NCBI GenBank assembly: GCA_965649825.1
Contig: OZ287713.1
Location: 56,644-120,643 of the forward strand
Reading direction: 5' to 3'
Length of the DNA: 64,000 bases
DNA from: Penicillus capitatus
Taxonomy: Eukaryota; Plantae; Chlorophyta
Below, piece by piece: positions 10,301-21,904 of this stretch. Each line of letters starts with the position of its first letter. The stretch's first letter is position 1. The notes below the pieces were generated by a model. That model did no database searches. It was given only the letters and a program-made list of their open reading frames with translations, and was not told where the DNA came from. The translations under genes and the position numbers were made by a program.

Positions 10301-11093
10301 TATCGCCGATCGTGGACCCGAACATGTGCCTCCGAGAGAGTGGATGCGCATCTGTTTTGAGCTGCTGGAAATGCTGAATGCCCATAAGAAAGGCATTCGA
10401 CGCGCAACGGTCAACACCTTCGGCTACATTGCGAAGGCCATCGGTCCCCAAGACGTTCTGGTTACCCTGCTGAACAATCTCAAGGTCCAGGAGAGGCAGA
10501 ACCGTGTCTGCACGACAGTCGCCATCGCCATCGTGGCCGAGACCTGTTCTCCCTTTACCGTTCTCCCCGCTCTGATGAACGAGTACAAAGTCCCCGAGCT
10601 CAATGTCCAGAACGGTGTTCTCAAGGCGCTGTCCTTCATGTTCGAGTATATCGGCGAAATGGGTAAGGACTACATCTACGCCGTGACGCCTTTGCTTGAA
10701 GATGCGCTCATGGACCGAGATCTTGTCCATCGACAGACAGCTGCCTCTGTGGTACAGCACATTGCGTTGGGTGTGGCCGGACTGGGATGCGAAGACGCGC
10801 TGATGCATTTGCTCAACTACGTCTGGCCAAACATCTTCGAGACCTCTCCCCATGTCATCAACGCCGTCAGCGGCGCCGTCGATGGCATGCGTCTCTCATT
10901 GGGACCTGCCATTGTGCTCAACTATCTCCTTCAGGGTCTCTTTCATCCGGCCAGAAAAGTGAGAGAAGTCTACTGGAAGCTTTACAACAATCTCTACATC
11001 GGCGCACAAGATGCGCTCGTGGCATTCTATCCCATGTTCGAGGACGACACGTGCAACACTTATCGCCGCCACGAGTTGGACCTCTTTATCTGA
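7342..11093 (+). CDS. SF3B1: Splicing factor 3B subunit 1
   Basis: N-terminal RWD/TP repeats and highly conserved HEAT repeats ([30 protein letters not shown]); two short 5' introns, then one exon of about 3.1 kb. Confidence 0.98.
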
Positions 11094-11185
11094 AATGCCG
11101 GAAAGATATCAACCATTGTGTTTGTCTTACGTTTACATGAGTTGGGACGGTGTTTGTTTATAGATCATCTGCACGATGTAAACGT

Positions 11186-12160
11186 CTACCCTTCCGTATT
11201 TTCCAGCGCTTCTCGGATCTTTTCCTTCTGCAGCTCATCGAGCCTGTGCGGAAAGATGACATCGAATTGGATCAGCAGATCGCCATGTTTCATCGTCTTG
11301 CTGTTGGGCATACCCTTGCCGCGTTCCACATGTTTGCGCTGAGGTGATGCGACCGTCTTGATCGGAATGTGCAGCACGGTTCCGTCTAGATGCTTCAATT
11401 CCACGACTGTCCCGCAGAGGGCATCGACCAATGAGAGGCGCCGTTTGTGGATAAGATCATCTCCCGAGCGCGTGAAGACGTCGTGGGGTTTCTCCTCGAT
11501 GACGAAGACAATATCTGCCGGGATGATGCCCGGTCGCTCATCTCCCTTCTCCTCGAACGTAATTTTCGTCCCCTGTTTCCAACCGGGACGCACATTGATT
11601 TCGAGAATCTCTGAAACCTCCATGTTTTTGCCGGAGGCATCTCGCAGTTGACGCGAAATCTTCATTTTCTTCGTCGTTCCCGAATAGAGCTCCTCCAGTG
11701 TACATCTGAGAGGATTGGTGATGGGTGCTGCCTTGCGAGAACGTGGCCGGCCAAAAGGATCTCCACCGTGGACAAAGGAGTCAAATCCAGAAGGCATGCC
11801 ATTGAAGTGACTGCCGCATCGGCCGCCAAAGATGGTCGAAAAACCGTCATCGTTGCCGAAGAAGGATCTGAAGATGTCTTCGGCGGACGAGGGTGTGAAG
11901 GCGAAACCGCCGCCAGCTGCACCACCCATACCATTCTTGAGACCATCTTCGCCAAAGCGGTCGTAGATTTCGCGTTTCTGTGGGTCGGACAGCACTTCGA
12001 ATGCTTCGGAAATGTCTTTAAACTTCGCTTCTGCCTCGCTCTTGTTATCTTGGTTCTTATCCGGGTGCCATCGCATCGCCTGTTTGCGATAAGCTTTCTT
12101 CAATGCATTATCGTCGGCGTCTTTTGAAACGCCGAGTATCTGATAGTAATCCCTTCCCAT
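11186..12160 (-). CDS. Type II DnaJ/Hsp40 (DNAJB-like)
   Basis: J-domain with HPD, G/F-rich linker and C-terminal substrate-binding domain ([15 protein letters not shown]); intronless. Confidence 0.95.
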   Translation of the reverse strand: MGRDYYQILGVSKDADDNALKKAYRKQAMRWHPDKNQDNKSEAEAKFKDISEAFEVLSDPQKREIYDRFGEDGLKNGMGGAAGGGFAFTPSSAEDIFRSFFGNDDGFSTIFGGRCGSHFNGMPSGFDSFVHGGDPFGRPRSRKAAPITNPLRCTLEELYSGTTKKMKISRQLRDASGKNMEVSEILEINVRPGWKQGTKITFEEKGDERPGIIPADIVFVIEEKPHDVFTRSGDDLIHKRRLSLVDALCGTVVELKHLDGTVLHIPIKTVASPQRKHVERGKGMPNSKTMKHGDLLIQFDVIFPHRLDELQKEKIREALENTEG

Positions 12161-12281
12161 GAAACGATAAGCGGAACGAAATGCGCAAGACGCGACGTGG
12201 TTTCATTACAATCAAAATCGAAGATTCTCGACGTCTCAGGGAAGATGACGTGAACGTGACGTCAACATCACGAGATCACGT

Positions 12282-12965
12282 TCAATATCGAGCAGCAATG
12301 TCTCCGGTCTCCAGCTCTCCTCCAACGAGGCGCACTAAACAAAACGAACGCGATTTCGCTAAAGGGCAGATAGAGCATATCCATCGTGCTTGTTCGATTG
12401 GAAGGAGGTGTCGCTCGAGGATGCCGAGATCGAGTGGCGAATCGAGGCCTTCGTGTCGCATTTTTGCCTTGTCTGTGTAGACGACGGTTTCGATGGCATC
12501 GAGTTCGGCAGCTTCGTTGTGGGGTGCATTCAGCAGAGCAATGACATCCTCAGCGTGTTCTGCCAGCAGTTCTGGAATCGCGTCCGTCTAAAGAGAAGTG
12601 CACGCGTGTGTGCATGTGTTATTCGATCGCGCTCCTAACGGTTTACCTCTTCCACGGCTTCGGCCTTCTCCTCGTGCGGTTTCTGCTGCGATTGCTCTTC
12701 TCTGGACGTCTGTCTGCGAATGACGCGCGCCTGCGAGTAAACATCATTCTGCCTTGAGTACTTACTGTCCTTGATATCGCAGTTGTCCACGCTTCCGACG
12801 TGAGCGTCCTTCAAGAACGTCGCTGTTTTCGACGTCCCTCTTCTGTAACAATAAACAGACAGAAATAAAACAACCGTTCAAACACGACGCAATTTGTCGG
12901 CACCGGATTCTGTGATGCAATGCTCGGCTGTTCTTCACGATCCTCCTCGCGTTTTCTTCGTCCAT
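12282..12965 (-). CDS. Hypothetical spliced protein
   Basis: ATG at 12965, GT-AG-bounded segments, and a coding-like last exon (TDAIPELLAEHAEDVIALLNAPHNEAAELDAIE...); no family recognised. Confidence 0.4.
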
Positions 12966-13181
12966 GAAGGCAACGCTCTGTCTCCTGTCTCACATAATCT
13001 CACTCTCACACCCATTGCTGGGAACCTAACATGACCTCGACATTAGCATCGCCGCGATGCATCATGCGTTGACCGTCTGTTGTTGACATCGTCAACTCGA
13101 CCTCAGATCCCGTGTCGATTATGGCAAGGCGCATAAGGGAGTCAATACGTGTGAGCAAGAGAAATCGTTAACAATCGACGT

Positions 13182-16100
13182 TCAGAGTTGCTTTGCCGCA
13201 TCGGCCGTCGCATCGGGCTCTGCAACGGCCGTCGCATCGGGCTCTGCAACGGCCGTCTCATCGGGCTCTGCAACGGCCGTCTCATCGGGCTCTGCAACGG
13301 CCGTCGCGTCGGCCGTTGCTATTAGTTCGTCAAGTTCTTCATCTCTCTCTTTGATATCTTCATCCGAGTCATCCATATTGTTCATACTACTGAACCCTTC
13401 CAAACTCTCTTCCTCGTCGGTCGATGGAGGTCCAATCGGCGAGTCCAGCTCGACCACTTCTGGCTCATCCTCTTCTAAAAGATCTGGTTGCGGTATTAAG
13501 TCTTCAGGGGATGCCAGGAAATCGGCTCCGCCCATAGGAACCTCTGTGTTGAGAAGAGGACCTTTCTCTCGGACGATTTTGATCTCTTCTAGCAGTTCTG
13601 GTGTTGGCTGCAGTCCTTTGACCTCCATGTCCTCAATGATTTCTTCACAGGCGTCCGGGAATCCAGTCAGCAAACACAGTCTGCAGCAGGAATGAAGAAT
13701 ATCCAACATACGTCTCCTATATTCTACCACTCTTTTCTCCGGCTCCGGATCCGCCGCCCTACCACAAATGTCGCATCTGAATGATCATCGAAAGAAAATC
13801 ACTTGAATTCAACAGGTTTCTGTTGGATCATAATTCCCAGTTTCCAGGCAGCCATGGCACTTTTCTCGAGGCGATTCAAATCATCGATGGCTTCAAAGTC
13901 TTCCAGTGTTGGGAAGCTACCCAACAGCGATACCCTTTCACAGATGGCTATTGCTGCATTGGCGCCAGCAGTGTCGTCTGATCCCATATCTGAGTACTGC
14001 TGCGATTCCAGTGTATAAGTATCTGACCACTTCATAGGCTTCTTCTTTTTCGTGTCGTCGACCCGCAAGGCATCCATAAAGTCCTTTTCGTTTAGTTTCC
14101 TGAGATCTTCCAGTGTCTCTGCTTCCGCTTTCTCAACTGCGATGCATTGACACAGAATGAGATGCTCCGAAATCGAGTGATCTGAAACCTGTGAATCGGG
14201 GACGAGCCAGCAACGCCTCGGCTTCTTCCGCAGGCATCTTTTTCTTCGAGATCAGCTTGCCATTGGCATATTCATACCGTACATACTCGTAAGTTTCTGT
14301 CGGTTCCTATATGGAGCCGGTCAACGTGTGTGACACTATGTAGATGATTATCTTGCCTTTGCTGGACGACCATAAGGACGGGCTTTATTTTCCAATGGAC
14401 CCCCTCTCATGGTCTTCTGTCTCCGTCTCAGCGCTTTCCTTCGTTTCAGTTCATCCGCAATGGACGGATTCGCACGTCGTGCCTTTGTCACGGCGGCTTG
14501 GAGCTCCTTTCGTAAACCCTCTGTCGGCAGATCTCGAGCAATGCACTCGGCTATCAGATCTCCGATCTTCATTCTGCTCATCGACAGGATCATACCTAAC
14601 ACAGCAAAACGTCGAACAGGGAGTGAGATGTGCGGCCAGTCATTACCATCATCATCGACAGCGCACTTAGCATAGCCGATCTTCACACCATTGATCACTT
14701 CTGCTTGTCTGCCATCCTTCGTGAAGACAAAGCCATCGTGATAGGGCTTCTCTCCAACTTCAATGCGCTTCGCCTAAGAATTTATCGTCAAGGAAAAGAA
14801 CGGGAGGAGGAGGCAGAGATAACGAGGAGCTTTTCTTTGTGATGTTCGATCCATTGCGAGACAAATGTCCGACCATTGGCATCCGGGACCATTACGTCGT
14901 CTGGCAAAGCTGAACAGCGGTTGAAAGCCATAGAGAGCAAAACACTGTGCAGACGAATTGGGAGTTCAGCTTTGACAAGTCCCTCTGATCCACGAGAAAC
15001 GAACGGCTAAGAATTGGCAAAGAAAACAGAGTCTTACGGAAGAGTGGTGGCAAGACCCGCTGCTGCATGTAATCGAATTGTCTCTTCTCGTCCACGCCTG
15101 CTAACTGATTGCTCACAAACGTCTGCTGAGCGATCAGCACTTCTCCAATCTTCAACAGCGCTTTGACATAGATCAGCAGAGATTCGTCATCTGGATCGAT
15201 GTCCTGAGAATCTGTAAGAGATTGCCACACATTATCGAACAGTGCACGCGATTGAATGCCCTCCTGATCTACAGTGCCAGGTATCACTCTAAGTCGCACA
15301 GAAGACGTGTGCACCCCATCCGTTGACAATGGCGTGAAGAACAGAGTTGTATGTTGGCAGATCGAGAGATCGCGGCAGAGACATCAGCCACAGACTCATC
15401 TGTATATCTCCTTTCTCGCCGTAGTGCTCCAGTAATCCTGCTATGTGCTGCGGTTCGCAGTAAATGTCACTTCTCTCGTCTCTCTCAAAAACAAGGACTT
15501 CACTCAACTCTTCCAAAGCGTGTTCCTAACCACACTCCACATTTTTCAGCGATGCGTCTCGTGAAAGCCGCGGCAGACATAATGGTGATTTCGACAGTAG
15601 TAGTCAATGATGCAGGCATAGAGATGGCGATCGGGAGTGAAGGACTCTTGTCGACCTTCTTCCAAATACGCCACCGCTTTCGATTCGAATCCCTGACGAA
15701 ACAGCATTGTCACCAACATGATCCACCCTGCGTGCATCACACACGAGCTCGCCGAGAAGGATCTCTATGGCTCACAGACCTTTCTCTGCATCTGCATTGG
15801 CATTCGGCCGCAACATCGACGTAAAGACGGCTTCGGCGTTTTTTGTATTCTTTGACTTCATGAAGGCATAGATGAGCACAACGTAGCTCTCTGTCAGGGG
15901 ACGGGCACCTAGTCCAATAGACAAACAGGTTCGTCACACATTGCTCACACATTTGCGGATACCTGAGGCATGAGCGCGCCGAATGGCGGTCAGAGCACCG
16001 GCCGCTGATCTCTTTTTTACGTAAGCAAATACCAAAGCATGATAGGCGCAAGGTCCAGGCTGAAATCCATCGGCCACCATCTCTCGGATGACATCCTCTG

Positions 16101-16620
16101 CCGTAATCGTATCCCCTTTCTTCGCCGCCACGAACAGCTGACTGCATGTGTCACCATACTTTATCGGACACGCACATTCATCGTTAGAAAAAACAGACTT
16201 GTGATAAGCAGCACGTTGCGGAGAAGTCTCATCGATGTCGACATAATCAGCGACGGTCGTGCTGGGAGGTGCTTGGGAAGAAAGCTCGACGGATTTCTCA
16301 GCTGCCTTCTTACGCTCTTCTTCTCGCTGAATCTCTTTTTCTGTATACATTCAGAGGTGCATGTAGTAAGGGCGAAGGAGATCAGAAGGGCGAACGTTTC
16401 TCTTTGAGGTGCATCAGCTGCGAAAAGAAAGATGTATCGTCTCGAGGGTCTTCATCGGTCTGCAGTCCTGTCGCAAGGAGAGATTGGTCTGAAGGTCGGC
16501 GACGTTCTTGTTACCCTCGGTCGACTGCGTCGAGGTGTGCGAGACGATCTTCCGCGAAAGCCGTCGATTCCAAGAGGCAGTGGTATACGGAAACCGCTTT
16601 ATTGAGCAGGGCGTCGCCAT
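13182..16620 (-). CDS. PTAC3: pTAC3/PAP1-like PPR-like + SAP-domain plastid transcription protein
   Basis: LFVAAKKGDTITAEDVIREMVADGFQPGPCAYHALV...SGARPLTESY...GWIMLV parallels plant pTAC3 (LMERAR..D...DMIAAGLSPGPRSFHGLV..GQRPLPE..AWLILV). SAP-like MKIGDLIAECIARDLPTEGLRKEL; acidic tail; multi-exon. Confidence 0.8.
13203..13315 (-). repeat. 24-bp coding tandem repeat, about four copies (AVAEPDET/AT)
   Basis: GGGCTCTGCAACGGCCGTC(G/T)CATC repeated in the last exon of the pTAC3-like gene. Confidence 0.95.
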
Positions 16621-16775
16621 AACAAACACTCCAGCACAACAGGATCCCATACCATGCATCTTGAATACATGACCGGTGCGCGCACCGACAAATAGACAAT
16701 TCGCAAAAAGAATATATTTGTAGCCACGGACGATGAAATCGGTCCCTGACACTCTCAAGAGGGACATCTGTAAGG

Positions 16776-17647
16776 TCAATCCTCTTTGATTCCATTGGCC
16801 AGCTGTGAATAGGGAGCGACAGGTTTGCCGTTGGTTTTATTGTCAGCTGAAATGCTGTGCAGATCTTCAGCGTGACGCCCAGGAATGAGGCGTTTGCCCA
16901 GACGACTGACACTCTTGCCCATGAGAAAAATCAGTGACATCAATACTGCGCTAATAACCGTCATGAGCAGCACGCCATGAGGATGAGGTAGTTTGTTAAG
17001 AAAGCCGTAAGGAAAGCGCCCCGTCTTCATTTTTATCACACAAATCCAGCAACCGTAGCAAACAGCGAAGAATGCTGTCAGTCCATAGGATCGTGCGCTA
17101 AATCTACATACAGCACGCAGCCAAGTGCATCAGACTGTCTGCTATGGGTCAGACTGTGCCTGACCTTCGTGGATGAAACGTAAGAATATCAATCCATGCA
17201 ACAATTGAATTGAGAATGTGGGTCGATTTGTCGATCCACTGCAGTACTTCGTGCGGTCTGGCAACAATTCCACCAGGAGTGAGACATTCGATGGCATAGT
17301 AGAGCATGGTCACACAGTTGGCAAGCACAAACACGGCACATGAGATATCATCAACAAATTTCTTCAGCTTCTGGCGCTTTCCCTGTCACATCATGACATC
17401 TTTGCTGCATAACTGAGAGTCTGACGGTTAGTACATGCGGTGCCAGGTCGGCAAGGGTCGCGGCTATGAGCTGCACAAGCTGGACCGTGAAACTGCAGAT
17501 GGTTAAATAGCAGAAATATCCACCAAAACGCTTTCGCGTTTCGCGATGGATGCTCTCAGAAGAGACATGCCATATCCAGACGCGTGCAAAGTACGCTGCG
17601 GCTATGGCATGAAACAGCCAACGCACATCCCTCATCCGACGCGCCAT
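16776..17647 (-). CDS. FAR-17a/AIG1/ADTRP-family membrane protein
   Basis: RFGGYFCYLT, STHILNSIVAWID and GRFPYGFL motifs; hydrophobic helices; 2 introns. Confidence 0.85.
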
Positions 17648-17748
17648 CGTCGTCGGTGGCCTATGCGACATCCCTTTACACAAGCAAGATCCGCCGCCAC
17701 GGTCACTTCAACGAGGAGACATGGATATCGCCTCCCTTCGTGGTACTC

Positions 17749-19320
17749 ATGCTGCCAAATAATAATGCAAATGAATACGACACATATCAGCGTCGTCTCA
17801 TGCTGCGCGATAGAATTCAGGGATACTTAAAAACGGCCTTGCGTTACGAAGATGAAGAGACAAAAGCAAAGGCAATGTCGGTGATACCCTTTGAACGACT
17901 CCATTCCGAAGCACGCGATGCCAAAGAAATGGCGAAAGAGTTTGGTAACGGACAGGTGCTGGAGGACGAAGACTACCTCGTGGAAAGTCTGACCTACTGG
18001 TTCAAGGGAGAGTTCTTCGAGTGGGTGACATCGCCCTCATGCTGGAACTGCGGCCAGAACCAAACCCGAGCGATCCAGACAACATTGCCGACACCCGACG
18101 AAGCTCGACACGACGCCTCACGCGTTGAGGTGTATCAGTGCCTTCAATGTGGGGCACAGATTCGTTTTCCGCGATACAATGACCCAGGAAAGCTCATGCA
18201 AACGCGCAGAGGGCGATGTGGGGAATGGGCGAATGCTTTTACATGTCTTTGTCGTTGTCTCGATATCGAAGCTCGATTCGTTGTTGATTGGACAGATCAT
18301 GTTTGGACTGAGTATTACTCTCGGGCACGAGGACGGTGGATCCATGTTGACTGCTGCGAATGTGTAACGGACAAACCAAAGCTCTATGAAAAGGGATGGG
18401 GAAAGAAACTGAGTTATGTGTTGGCCTTTGACCGCTATGGCGCAGTTGATGTGACCCGGAGATATGTTATGGACTGGAATGCTACACTCAAGCGTCGGCG
18501 AGAAGTGGATGAAGGGACATTGGAGGCGATGCTGAAGGAGATCACTGCAGGACAACGGAAAAAACTATCGCCAGCTATGTTGCCGAAACTGAACGAACGA
18601 GACAAAGCAGAAAGAATAGAGTTCTTGAACAGCGATTCATCGAAGGATGAGAACGAGTCCTTACCTGGCCGAACGACAGGATCTGCGGAATGGAGACAAC
18701 AGAGAGGAGAGAGCGGAACAGTATTACCTCAAAGAGCTCTGAGAATATCGACAGGTCGGTTCAGACGCATTCAGGTGTCCGATGCATCTGGAGTGGAGCA
18801 GTCACTTGCCGTTCTGGCTTCTGGAGAGAAAGCACCAGACGAAACGGTACAGCAGCTGTTCGATGGACGTCCAGATTCGAAGTGGCTGGACTTTGGTGGT
18901 GGAGGCCAGCAAGGGAGTGCATGGATCGAGCTGTGTCTGCCGAAGGATGTGGAGGGTTGGACGGTGACCCGTTACGCAATGGTCTCAGCGAATGATTGTC
19001 CTCAAAGAGATCCAGCAGAGTGGGAACTCCAAGGAATGGTCTGCGATTCGCCGATCGAGTGGAAGAGAGTAGATCACCGTGATGGCATCCGGTTTGAGAG
19101 CAGACATGAGAGGAAGGAATTCCAGATTGAAACGCGTTTGCCATGTCGCCGATACCGCCTGTGCATTTGGAGAACGCGAGATCCATCGTCTGCCGATGCT
19201 GTACAGCTGGCGCAGCTTGAATTGTTTCCAAACAAGGAAACCATCAAGACAGAGCCATTGCAGCTGCCAGATCGAATGCAACAATTACTTGATCTTTACA
19301 CGGGACGCAGTTCGTCTTAA
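17749..19320 (+). CDS. PNG1: Peptide:N-glycanase with a C-terminal discoidin/F5-8-like domain (start approximate)
   Basis: WFKGEFFEW, CWNC and CLQC Zn motifs, RFPRYNDP.KL, triad GRCGEW/DHVWTE/HVD, LPGRTTGSAEWR; intronless. Confidence 0.93.
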   Translation: MLPNNNANEYDTYQRRLMLRDRIQGYLKTALRYEDEETKAKAMSVIPFERLHSEARDAKEMAKEFGNGQVLEDEDYLVESLTYWFKGEFFEWVTSPSCWNCGQNQTRAIQTTLPTPDEARHDASRVEVYQCLQCGAQIRFPRYNDPGKLMQTRRGRCGEWANAFTCLCRCLDIEARFVVDWTDHVWTEYYSRARGRWIHVDCCECVTDKPKLYEKGWGKKLSYVLAFDRYGAVDVTRRYVMDWNATLKRRREVDEGTLEAMLKEITAGQRKKLSPAMLPKLNERDKAERIEFLNSDSSKDENESLPGRTTGSAEWRQQRGESGTVLPQRALRISTGRFRRIQVSDASGVEQSLAVLASGEKAPDETVQQLFDGRPDSKWLDFGGGGQQGSAWIELCLPKDVEGWTVTRYAMVSANDCPQRDPAEWELQGMVCDSPIEWKRVDHRDGIRFESRHERKEFQIETRLPCRRYRLCIWRTRDPSSADAVQLAQLELFPNKETIKTEPLQLPDRMQQLLDLYTGRSSS

Positions 19321-19559
19321 ATGCATTGGTTCGGACGAACATCAGTGTAATTGACGAACAATCTTGTCGGTGGCCTGTCTTGATACACCGGCACGGCAAC
19401 ATGGTTCTTCTGGTTGTACAGCGTCGATGTTGCACTCGTTTGTTTCATACGTCTTAGGAAACCATTGGTCAAGAGTTACAACCTTAGTGCCCATAAATTC
19501 CAACCTTTGCAGCAGAGTGTTTTTTTGGTTTAATTGCTTTTACATCTCCATTTTAGTAA

Positions 19560-20760
19560 GATCAGGAGAGCGGCCAACAGTTAGTGTAACAATCAATGTA
19601 ACATGTCCACAAGGACCACACATTAGCAAGAAGAAACGGAGAGAGGTGAGGTGGTGAGGTGAGGTGAGGTGATGAGGTGTTTCCATGGGGTGCACTAGTA
19701 GTAAGAAGAAAGGTACGGATTGGTAACACCATGTAGTCGAGCGTAGCATACGGGGTCTTCCGTTCTACAAACAGCTTCTCGTGTAATGTCTTGGAAATGC
19801 ATACTTTCACATTTCGGCTCGGGATCCACTTATGCAGAGGCTGTCCGGATTGGTCGCGCTTCCTGCGATTCAATCTGTGCGGGGCCGCGAGGTGCAATTC
19901 TTGAAGTTCAACAGCCATCGGGCGGCATTTTGATTGGCGATAGCAGCAATAGCCGCTTCAGCTTCGATGTCTGTGTCCACATTGGTAATGACGACGGAGG
20001 TCTTGTCTTTGGTAGACGAGAAGTACGGGTCATTAACTTCGAAGGTGCCGATGCCGTCCAACTCCAGACTCCAACTGGCGTCACCGCAGTCCAAGCTTCG
20101 GTCGAGCGCTGTCTCGAACGTCTTAAGCTGTTCGGCCCGGATTTGCACGTAGAATCTGCAACCGTGATCTGCCCGGATGTCCTCTATGTATTCCTTCAAG
20201 TTTAGAATCTTCAGCTTTCGTTCCAGACTGATGCCGAGTTGGCGGAACGACGGGCGTTCTCCCTTCAGGGTCGCTGGTCAGAGGTGGAAGCTTCGTTCAT
20301 CGCATCTTATCTGGGCCTTGATCGCTTGGGTTTGCTTGCGAATCTCGCAGGTTTGGCCGATGTGTTGCTTCTGGAGGGAGATGGTGTTGAGGGCGTCCCC
20401 TGCGGCATGGTCGAGCAGGCGGCGTCGCAGTATGAGCGGGTCGTGGTTGCTGGCACTTGGCTGGCCTTGGGAGTTGGGGGAATCGGCTGAGAGGTCTGGG
20501 AGTATGAGACCAGGGAACGATGGAATCTGAGGCAGGTCTGTTTCTCATCGAGACGGTTGGTGGCTTGTTGGCAGAAGCCTCGGCGCACTATCTGGTCGGT
20601 TGGGAAGATCTCGAGGAGGGATGACAGGTTGCTCTGCATGTCGGCGAGGTCTTGGGCGAGCGCTAGCAAGAGATCCGAGGGGTGGTCGTTGCTTGGTTGC
20701 GGACGATCTGTAAGAGACAGGACGGCTGTTGCTGCGACACAATCGATGATGCAAAAGATC
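19560..20760 (-). mobile_element. Decayed non-LTR retrotransposon ORF1/gag-like remnant
   Basis: Broken frames (stops near 20307 and 20260, frameshift near 19915) give SVVITNVDTDI..., ELQELHLAAPHRLNRRK...IPSRNVKV and a decayed C-x2-C-x-G-H motif near 19590-19625. No RT is visible. Confidence 0.5.
19643..19679 (+). repeat. (GTGAG)n microsatellite
   Basis: gaggtgaggtggtgaggtgaggtgaggtgatgaggtg. Confidence 0.9.
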
Positions 20761-20766
20761 TAACGT

Positions 20767-21144
20767 AGTATTTACAGATAATCATCATCATTTAAAGGGA
20801 TTATAGTGGCAGTGCATAACGCATATCAGCCACTTGAGTATTTACAGATAAGCAACACGAGTTAATAAATTAGTGTCAAAAGGAAATTTCGGATGGGTGT
20901 ATCATAACGGTTTCCGCCCCGCGGGCTGAATACGTCGCCAGCTTCGCGATGTGACGGTGGTCCGCGTGGATCAAAGGAATTTAGCTGACGTGTATAATAA
21001 TAACGTTGGCGGTTTTACATGACTTTTGTTTGTTTAAACATATCAGCCATGCAGGGTGTCGTTTAGGGCCCTAGTAAGCAGTCCACCCTGGTAACTGCCA
21101 ACTGCCAAAAACCATCTTGTTATGAAGTACTAGCTGACGTGTAT
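20767..21144. repeat. AT-rich spacer with three pairs of short direct repeats
   Basis: AGTATTTACAGATAA at 20767 and 20837; CATATCAGCCA at 20822 and 21039; TAGCTGACGTGTAT at 20982 and 21131. Confidence 0.8.
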
Positions 21145-21904
21145 GCCTATTCTCTAGCATCTGCTTTTGCTAAGTTCTCGTTCTTTCATTTGGCGCCGCG
21201 GCATTTGTTGCAAGCGTAGTGCCGCCGATTGACTTTGGCGCCCAATTGGCAGAAACAGGAGGAAAGAACGAACGGCGGAAGAAACGTCGACGACTTGATT
21301 CACCGACGCCGAAGACAGACTTGATCTCAGACCTCTAAAACGGCGACAGGAAACGCGAATCGCCGAAAGAGCGACGGTTGTGAGAAATGAAAGCATCAAG
21401 CAAGTCTCTGTCTCAATCGCGAATACAGATGAAAGCTTGGAGAAACACGAATGGAGAGAAAACTGTCCGTCTTGTGCAGATACGCCGCTCTCCGATAACA
21501 GATCCTTATGATCTCGATCTCCGAGGCCTCTGATATACAAGACATCTGGATGTATGCATCGCCCTCTGCTTTGAAGTATAGACTTCGTTTGGCGACTCTT
21601 ATCTCTGTGTTGGTAAAATGCTGTCTGCCGATCGCTTCGGCGACAAGAGCAGGTCTCTCCTAAGAGTTGTGGGCAGAATCCCTACAGAGATGAGCGACCT
21701 ACTTCCTGTAATAACGCCAATCACTCCACAATGGGCAGCCTGGAGACGGCGATCCACAACGACAGCCCAAGAGTGTCTCCTTTCCGGACAAGAGCGTCCT
21801 TAGTGTTCGGGCATTAAAATCTCGAACGTCTTCGTCATGAAATGCACAAGAATGAAACAAATTGTTCTTCGCAGGTCCATCCTTCAGAATTTTGCAGATC
21901 CCTT

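Noticed and set aside
8565-10853. 762-aa antisense ORF (also 58190-59425, 59326-60483, 60957-62276)
   Set aside because: These are codon-aligned shadows of SF3B1 and ACC1 caused by GC3-rich coding; they have no independent motifs.
7929-11093. Alternative genetic code (TAA/TAG = Gln, as in some ulvophytes)
   Set aside because: Kilobase-long conserved ORFs have no internal TAA/TAG, and genes such as DnaJ, hisG and DNAI2 end at TAG where homologues end.
21062-21068. Telomeric repeat TTTAGGG
   Set aside because: Single copy; not an array or interstitial telomere.
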